Assembly (NCBI GenBank): GCA_964016885.1
Contig: OZ024741.1
Coordinates: forward strand, 36,828,001 to 36,892,000
Reading direction: 5' to 3'
From: Eledone cirrhosa
Lineage: Eukaryota
Length of the DNA: 64,000 nt
Shown: piece by piece, positions 24,632 to 33,600 of the stretch
How positions within the stretch are numbered: the first letter of the stretch is position 1
Layout of the letters: every line of letters begins with the position of its first letter
Made by a program: the position numbers and the translations under genes
Notes under the pieces: generated by a model
Told to the model about the DNA's origin: nothing
The model's input: the letters and a program-made list of their open reading frames with translations, nothing else
The model's database searches: none

Positions 24632-27600
24632 ATGTATGTGTGTATGTTTGTGTGCGTATATATAAATGTATGCATGTATGTGTGCATGTATATGTTTGTG
24701 TCATCATCATCATCATCACCGTTTTACGTCCGTTCTTCCACACTAGAATGGGTTAGACGGGTTGTCCTGTTGTGGGCAGTGTCTGGTCGGCTGACCATGC
24801 CTTGCTCATACAGGAACTGATTTGGCTTAATTTCTACAGCTGGATGCTCTTCCTAACACCAACCTCATTTACAGTGAGCGCTGGGTGCTTTTTCGTGGCA
24901 CCTACACGTCCACTTTACAGTGTGGGCTGGGTGCTTTTTTGCCGTGGCACCTCCACGACCACCTTGCAGTGGGAGGGTGTGGGGGCATGTTGTCTATATG
25001 CTTCAGCTTGTACCCATTGGAGGTCGGGTATTCTGTATTACTGCGTGACGCCAGAGGTCACGGTCGTGTGTCATCACCTTTGAGAGGTGTAATTGGGTAA
25101 GGTCGGCTTTTATCACCTCATCCCAGGTCATCTTGGGTCTCCCCACTCCGCGGTTTCCATCAACTTCTAGTGCTCTGCACCTTTTTATGCAGCTGTCATC
25201 CTTCATACGCATCACATGTCCATACCAGCGCAACCGCCTCTCCTGCACACAGCATTTGATTCCTCTTATGCTCAGTCTCTCTCTCAATTCATTCATGCTT
25301 TGTCGTTCGCGTATATTACTATTACACATCCATCGGAGCATGCAGGCTTCGTTTCTCTCTAATCTACGTAAGTCTTCCACCTTCAGCGCCCAGGTCTCAC
25401 TACCATGTAACATTGCTGTTCGGATACACGCATCATACAGTCTGCCTTTCATTTTGAGGGAGAAGCCTTTTGCAGCTAGCAGTGGTAGCAGTTCCCTGAA
25501 CTTCTTCCATCCCGTTCTTACCCTAGTTATTGTACTTTCTGAACAACCACCTCCGCTGCTAATTCGGTCACCTAGGTAGCAGAAGCTGTCTACTGTTTTT
25601 ACAGAACCCTCCCAGAGTTTGGTGGCACTTGTTTCCTGTGGCTGTTTGCTGCTTGCTGTCTCAGCACAGCTGCTACATCTGAAGCCTACATTCTTAGTTA
25701 AGCTTCCTGAGATCCTGCTACATCTCTTGTGTACCCATTGTTTGCATTTGGGGCAGAGAATGAAGTTCCTACCTACACCTTTCCTCCATACTGAGCAAGG
25801 CCATTTCCCTGAGGGGATCTGGGTTCTGTTTTCTCGTCTACTTACAAGGACCTTAGTCTTTGTCATGTTGACTTTGAGACCCTTTCTTTCTAGTCCCTGC
25901 TTCCAAGTTTGGAATTTCTTCTCTAGTTCTACCATAGATTCAGCTATAAGTGCGAGGTCATCAGCATACAGGAGTTCCCATGGGCATCTAGTCTTAAACT
26001 CCTCCGTTATTGCCTCCAGAACTATGATGAACAGGAGAGGGCTAAGAACAGAGCCCTGGTGGACCCCAACCTGTACGCTAAATTCCTCGCTATACTCATT
26101 GCTAATCCTAACTTTGCTGACTGCTCCCCTATACATGGCTTGTACAGCTTTCACAAGCCATTCATCTACTCCTAGTTTTCTAAGAGCCCACCAGATTACA
26201 GCACATGGAACTCTGTCAAAGGCTTTCTCGAGATCGACGAATGCCAGGTAGAGTGGCTTACTTTTAGCTAGGTACTTTTCCTGTAACTGCCTCACAAAGA
26301 AGAGGGCATCAGTGGTGCCTCTTCCTGGTACAAACCCAAATTGTATCTCATCTAGTTTCACCCGGTCCCTAATCAACTGTGCTATAACTCTTTCTGTTAC
26401 CTTCATAACCTGGTCCATCAGCTTTATACCTCTATAGTTTCCTCTATCGAGTGCATCACCTTTACCTTTGTAGCAGTTGACAATGATGCTACTGCACCAA
26501 TCTTTTGGTATGACACCTTCTAGTATTACCTGGTTAACAATACGTGTGGTTATAGTGTGACCTACAGACCCAGATGCCTTCAGCATCTCGGCAGCTATAC
26601 CCGATGGACCGGTTGCCTTCGCCATCTTCATATCTTTGATTGCCTTATTTACTACGCTGCTGCTGACTTGTACTGCTGGTCCCTCTATAGGGTCTACTTG
26701 GAGTAGGGTCTCTTCTTCCCATGCATTCTCCTCATTTAGTAATCTATCATAATGACTCTTCCATGCATCTTTCTTCTCAGCACTTGTGAAGGCAAGCTCG
26801 CCTTTATCATTCCGGATACACTTCTCTCCAATGACATCACAATTCTCTCTGACACACTGCCTCGCAATCTTGAACACCTCCTGTTTCTGGTCCTCACGTT
26901 GCAAAACATGCTTGAATTTTCTATCCTCTGCTTCCCTCCTAGCTAAGTATACTTGTCGCCTAGCTTCCCTCTTGGTCTCTATGTAATGTACCCCGCTCCC
27001 CCCGTTCTTCCATTCTTTCCATGCCTGACTCTTGGCCTTAACTGCCTCATCTACCTTATTGTTCCACCACCAAGTCACTCTCCTCCTGCTTGTGGTCTTA
27101 CTCCAGCCACAGACCTCATCTATTGCCTCTAGTAAGTTATTTTTTAGGAACTCCCAGTGCTCTTCTACATTGAATGTCTCTATCTGTTCTTCTTTACTGT
27201 CGTAGGCGTTGAGTATATATATATATGTATGCATGTATATGTATGTATATATATGTATGCATGTATATATATATATATGTATGCATGTATATATATATAT
27301 ATGTGTGTGTGAAGAGAAATAGAATGAGATGGTTGGGATGTATAATTCATGTAATACAGGGCATTAGGAGTTAATCTATTTCTTATATTTTTTTCCTTTT
27401 AGATATGTTTTTAGTCAATGTTGTTGCTTGCATTCTCCTGACATTTCTAGTAACTCTCTACCCATTTAAGGAATTGGCAGAGTTTCTTGAGGTAAGTAAA
27501 CACCACTTTCACTTTTCATATGTTTAAATAATTGTTTCTACTTTAGGTGCAAGACCAGCAATTACACCAGTGCATTACTGGTACTTTATTTTATCGACCC

Positions 27601-30600
27601 CCATAAGGATGAAAGGCAAAATTAACCTCGGCAGGATTTGAACTCAGAACGTAAAGGGACATCACTTTATGCTGCAAAGCATGGTGTCTGACGCTCTACT
27701 GATTTTGCCGATCCACCATAATGTTGCTGTAGTGTTCTGGCTAACTGATGCTGAAGAAATTCCACAATTTGATTAGAAACAATCACACCCATTTCCGTCC
27801 ACTGTAAAGTGGTCGAGCAGGAGACATAGTAAAAAGGCTCCCATTCCACATTGTAAATGTGATTGGTGTTAGGAAGGGCATCCAGCCATAGAAAACCTGC
27901 CAGAAACAGTTCTGTACGAGCGAGCCACGGTCTCTGAACCAATTTCACCTCAAGTGGGACAAAACTGTCCAACCCATGCTAGCGTGCAAGCTGGATGTTA
28001 AACGATGATGATGATATATATAAGTATGCATACGTACACACACACACACACACTCACACATATATAAACATCAGTTCCCGTATGAGCAAGACAAGGTCAG
28101 CCGGCCTAGCACTGCCCACAACAGGACAACCCGTCTAACCCATGCTAGCGTGGAAGAATGGCCATAAAACGGTGATGATGATGATGGTACACACACATAT
28201 ACATACATATTTACATATGAGTTATACCGACAAGGCTGTGCTGATGACCAATCGTCATCCATTTGTTCAATACTGGCATCGAGGAACAATCAACATGTTT
28301 CCAGAGGCAATATATTCTTGTTAGAAAATATGGTTTCAAAAGGGTTAATTGCTAAGAAGAGAAGAAAATCTTTGTTTACCTGCCACTTCAGTATTGAAAT
28401 CTTCACACACTATTGATATCATCAACATCATCCTTTTATGTCCATTTTCCATTCTAGAATAAATTGAATGGATTGTTATAGCTGGATGCACTTCCTGACA
28501 CCAATCACTTTAGAGGGTATTGACTGCACTAGACAGGTTATTTACTCCACTGCAAGGCTCTTGCAGTCCCCATTCCTCACCTGTGTCTTTCCCTTTTGTA
28601 AGATGATGTAATTAAAGGGAGATTTGGCTGCTATTTCTAGCATTTTTAATCCATGCATGTACTTAAAATAAAGTAGTTCCTCCAACCCACGCAAGCACAG
28701 GTAATCAAGGATTCGTTCATTCAGTCGTAATTTTGCTATGAACTGTTTTTTTTTTCTTTGGGGGAAAAAAAGGATTATCTCCCCCTAGATTCCCTAGTTT
28801 ATATTACATTACGATTTCCTAATGGAATGGACCTCCATTAGTTTCAGTGGTGAATGTTCTAGTTGTTCGAACAACAGAACTGTCTGCTCATGAAATTAAT
28901 GTACAAGTGGGTGGCTGAGTATTCCGCAGATATCTATACACTTAGTGTAATTCTCAAGGAAAGATTCATGATAAACAGTGTTACAAGGTTGGCCTTTCGA
29001 ATTACAAACACAGTCCATCTTTCAATCAGTTTCCGCTCTCATACTTTCACTCACAAAGCTTGTGTCGACCTGAGACTATGATAAATAACATTTGCACAAT
29101 ATACCAGGCAGTGGGAGTGAACTTAGATTGCAAAGCGAACCTCGCAACCAGTCAGCCATGAGCAAAAAGGGACATAACTCTGCTTTCTTCTAGTGATTCT
29201 AAGTGACAATAAACAAATATAAAACATTTTCCACTCCAGGCTATGGTTAATGACATTTAGGCGGCGAATTGGCTGAGCAGTTAGAGCCACACTTTGCGGT
29301 ATTCGTTCCAGCTCTCTATGTTCTAAGTTCAAATCTCGCCGAGGTCAATTTTGCATGTTATCCCTTTGCGGTTGATAAAAAGAAGTGTACCAGTTTAATA
29401 CTTCTCTAATATATCTCTTTCGAAATTCCTCTCTCATTGTATATTTTTGCTGAAAGAAATCGATTGTGTTAAGACCTGGAGAAGGATAGGCTCGGCCAAG
29501 TTTAAAATTTCCAAGACACGCTATTTGTTACGACAGCGCACCTACATGCCCATCAGTAGTTATAAGTACACACACACAAAGGACATTTGTTTAAGATTCC
29601 ATGCAGTGGGAGTGAACCTAGAATATTTTGATTGCTAAGCGAACAGCTTAGACATTCAGCCATTTTTATGAATGTCAAGGGACATAACTCTGCTTTCCTT
29701 CAGTTAATAAATGTAATATCAGCAAACAAAGCATATTTCACAGTTGAATTATATATAGTAGGGCGGTTGATTGGCATCCCTTTACGATCTGAGTTCAAAT
29801 CCCGCCGAGGTTGACTTTGCCTTTCATCCTTACGGGGTCGATAAAATAAAGTACCAGTAATGCACTGGTTAATTGCTGGCCTTGTGCCTAAAGTAGAAAC
29901 AATTATATATAGTACAGTGTGAAGACGGCGTGACTTTGTGGTTAGGGTATTCGACTCACGATCGAAAGGTCGTGGGTTCGATTCTCAGTGGCGTGCTGTG
30001 TCCATGAGCAAGACACTATATTTCACATTGCTCCAGTCTAGTCAGCTGGCAAAAATGAGTTGTACCTGTAATTCGAAGGAGCAGTCTTGTCACATTCCGT
30101 GTCACGCTGAATCTCCCTGAGAACTACATTAAAGGTACGTGTGTTTGATGGAAGGAAGAAAGTATTCAATTGTGAAGAATAAGAAATAAGTTTTTAATTA
30201 TAAATAATTTATTGGTCACAGGGTCCCAAGTCATTGGGGGCAATACAAAAGCAACATGCATAGGGCTCAGTGAAGGGGATATCAATTGGGTGGGTGGAGT
30301 GAAAGGGTTTAGTGGAAGGGATTCGTGGGTGGAGCAATAGGGTTTCGTGGAAGGGATTCCATTGGGTGGGTGGAGCAATAGGGTTTAGTGTAAGGGATTC
30401 CATTGGGTGGAGTGATAATCATGAATCACCATCACTAAACCCCATCAATCAGTTGTCATCATCAACTACCACCAGTCATCTATCACAACACTATGAATCA
30501 ACATCCTCACCACCCACCTCCACCAATCAGTCATTAAACACCATCATCATCAACCAATTCTATTAATGCAGATATGATTCAATAGGAAATTTCTCTATAT

Positions 30601-33600
30601 TTTCAGTTAAAAGTCTTCCCATCAATCTGGTACCGATTCATCTATATTGGTATTGCCATTGTCAACTTCCTGCTCTCTCTACTTATAGAGGTAAGTTATA
30701 TTTCATCGACTTGGCTAATTTTAGTCTAACATCATGGCAAAATTCCCTAAGGGTACCTTCTGCATGAGAAACATATAATCAAGTGCAGGCTTGCATACTT
30801 AATATAATGAGTCTCCCCAAAATGTTAGTAAATTGAAATTAGCCCCAGAAGGCAGTGAATTGTCAGAGTCATGAGTATGTTGGACAGAATTCTTTGTGGT
30901 ATTTGTTCTGGCTCTCTGCAACTCCAGGTTCAAATCCTTCTGAGGCCAACTTTGCAAATAGGAATATTAATATGTTGGAAATTGGTAAATTGGTAGAGTC
31001 ATTAATTAGAACATTGGATAGAATGCTTTGTGCTATTCAGTCTGGCTCTCTCAGAGTTCAAATCACACTGAGGGCAACTTTGCAAATAGAAATTTTAATA
31101 ATAAATATATATATATTTATATAGTGAAAGAGTAAAGAATAACATGGTCGGCTGTACAAAAAGGGTTTTATTTACAGTATTAACAATTGTTTCATTGATC
31201 AGGTGAGTCTAAAGGCCTGTGTGTCTCTGATCAAATCATCGGAATACCAGTATTCCGATGATTTGATCAGAGACACACACTGTATCAGAGACGCACAGGC
31301 CTTTAGACTCACCTGATCAATGAAACAATTGTTATTAAGGTGTTATGCCAGACCGATTTCCTTGAAATTGTAACTATGTATTAGTCAGTCTCTTCTTCAT
31401 ACCGTGAGGAAAGAAAATCCAACTTTTTTATGGCCTCGGGCCCACATTAGGTGAAAAACTTAATTTTTTCAGCTTTTTAGGGCTTTTTTTAGGCGTTACG
31501 TCTAGCCGATTTTCCCGAAATTTCAAGACATATTATGCACATAAAAAAAATTCATTGTCTTGACCCCTTAGGGCCCACATTAGATGAAAACCTGCATTTT
31601 TCCTGCTTCATTGCGGAAAATCTTAAAGATTATCCAGCCATCAGAGTATTCGGTTTATTTTCTTTACATATTGTCCAGGCATGCAGTTTTTCCACGATTA
31701 AGTCTGTTGGCGGCCCGCGTTCCAAAATATCTTATCCTGTGCAACGCCGGGTACCACTGCTAGTATAGAATAAGAAAATGCAAAGTAGTTTCAGATGTTA
31801 AAGTCCTTTATTGATAAGGCTGTGATACATATTTCAATGATGACAGTGGCCACACAATTCCGCCTAACCAGTGCCATGATCTTCTTACATAATAAGGTTA
31901 CGTTCTCGAGGCAATCCAAACTAATTCACATTTTCTTATTCTAAATAAACTCCATCATTCCTATGTGGAAAAAGTATGTAGATTGCTTGAATTGAATTGC
32001 ATCAACATTTATCGTAAAACAAAAAATATATATATATCATCATCATCGTTTAACGTCCATCTTCCACGCTTGCATGGGTTTGGACGGGAGTTTTCCCACT
32101 TGAGGCAAGAGTGGTTGTCTTGCTCGCATAGGACTGTCTGGAGGTTTTCTATGGCTGGATGCCCTTCCTAACACCAACCACGTTTACAGTGTGGACTGGG
32201 AGGTTTTTACCGTGTTACCTACACGGCCACATTACAGCGTGGACTGTGTGTTTTTTTTGTCGTGACACCTACACGACTTCATTTGTTTCGGACTGGATGT
32301 TGTGGTACCAACATAACTTTACATTGAAAGGGGTGGTGTGGATGGGGTAGGGGTAGTGGGACGGGGGTGTATTTTTGTTAGAGGTGCCTACTGGCTGTAG
32401 TAGGTTTCACTTTGTACTTAGGTAAGGCGGGTCTTCTGTATTACTGTATAGCGCCAAAGATCTCGGTCCAGTGACATTGTCTTGGAGAGGTGTAAGTGTG
32501 TGAGGTCGGAATTTATCAAGTCATCCCAGGTTTTTCTGGGTCTGCCTACTCCGTGGCTACTGTCTATTTTTATTGCCCTGCACTTTTTTATACAGCTGTC
32601 GTCTTTCATGCGCATCACGTGACCGTACCAACGTAGTCTTCTCTCGAGTAAACAACATCTGATCCCTCTTATTCCTAATTTCTCCCTTAGTTCATTTATG
32701 CTTTGCCGTTCACGCATATTACTATTACACATCCAGCGGAGCATGCAAGCTTCATTCCTCTCCAGTCTGCGTATACCCTCTGCACATAATGCCCAAGTCT
32801 CACTGCCATGTAACATTGCTGTTCGTATGCAGGCATCATACAGCCTGCCTTTCATTTTTAGAGAGAACCCTTTAGTGGCTAATAGTGGTATAAGCTCTCT
32901 GAACTTTTTCCATCCAGTTCTGACTCTAGCTACTGTACTTTCAGAGCACCCTCCACCACTGCTGATTTTGTCACCCATATATATGTCATATATATATATA
33001 TATATATATGTAAAATTAAAATTCCGTTATTGCGCTAACAGAAACCTGATGAGCTTTTGATTCCAGAGTCAGGCTTGATTGATACAGATCGAACCCTGAG
33101 CTGATCAACTGTGAAATGTGCATCACACCTGATTAAACGTAATGAAAATTTGCCACCTCGTCATACTTATATATAGAGCGCGGAGGCCGTCATCATGAGG
33201 GATGACGATATAGAGAGAGGTGATGTCCAGGGTAAAGAGAAGGCGGGAGGGATCAGGAGGGAAGGAGAAGGAGTTGAAGAGTCTAAGGTCATGATTTGTA
33301 TCATGGATGTGGGAGGGGAGATTGCCGACCAACGGGGTGGGGATGGTGTCTAAATATTCAGAAATTATCTCGGTGGGGAAGTTGCACGCAGAAACGATAG
33401 GACGACCAGGATTATTTTGTTTGTGTATTTTGGGGAGGAAGTAGATGGCGGGACCCTCTTCCTGCTCTATCAAGCATTAACCTAATATATCCCTTCCATA
33501 TACTGTACCGATTGTGTTGTTATTTCTGTTTACCTTTTACATATATATATGTATGTATATACTGAATAACTATAGCTAAAGCACATGGAGTTCATAACAT

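Noticed and set aside
25133-26251. Plus-strand ORFs opposite RT genes (also 44094-46402)
   Set aside because: Shadow ORFs of LINE coding sequence
33040-33130. Hammerhead-like CUGAUGA...GAAA-UGUGCA-UC next to the Penelope RT fragment
   Set aside because: Stem I and the base of stem II do not pair convincingly; at best a decayed motif
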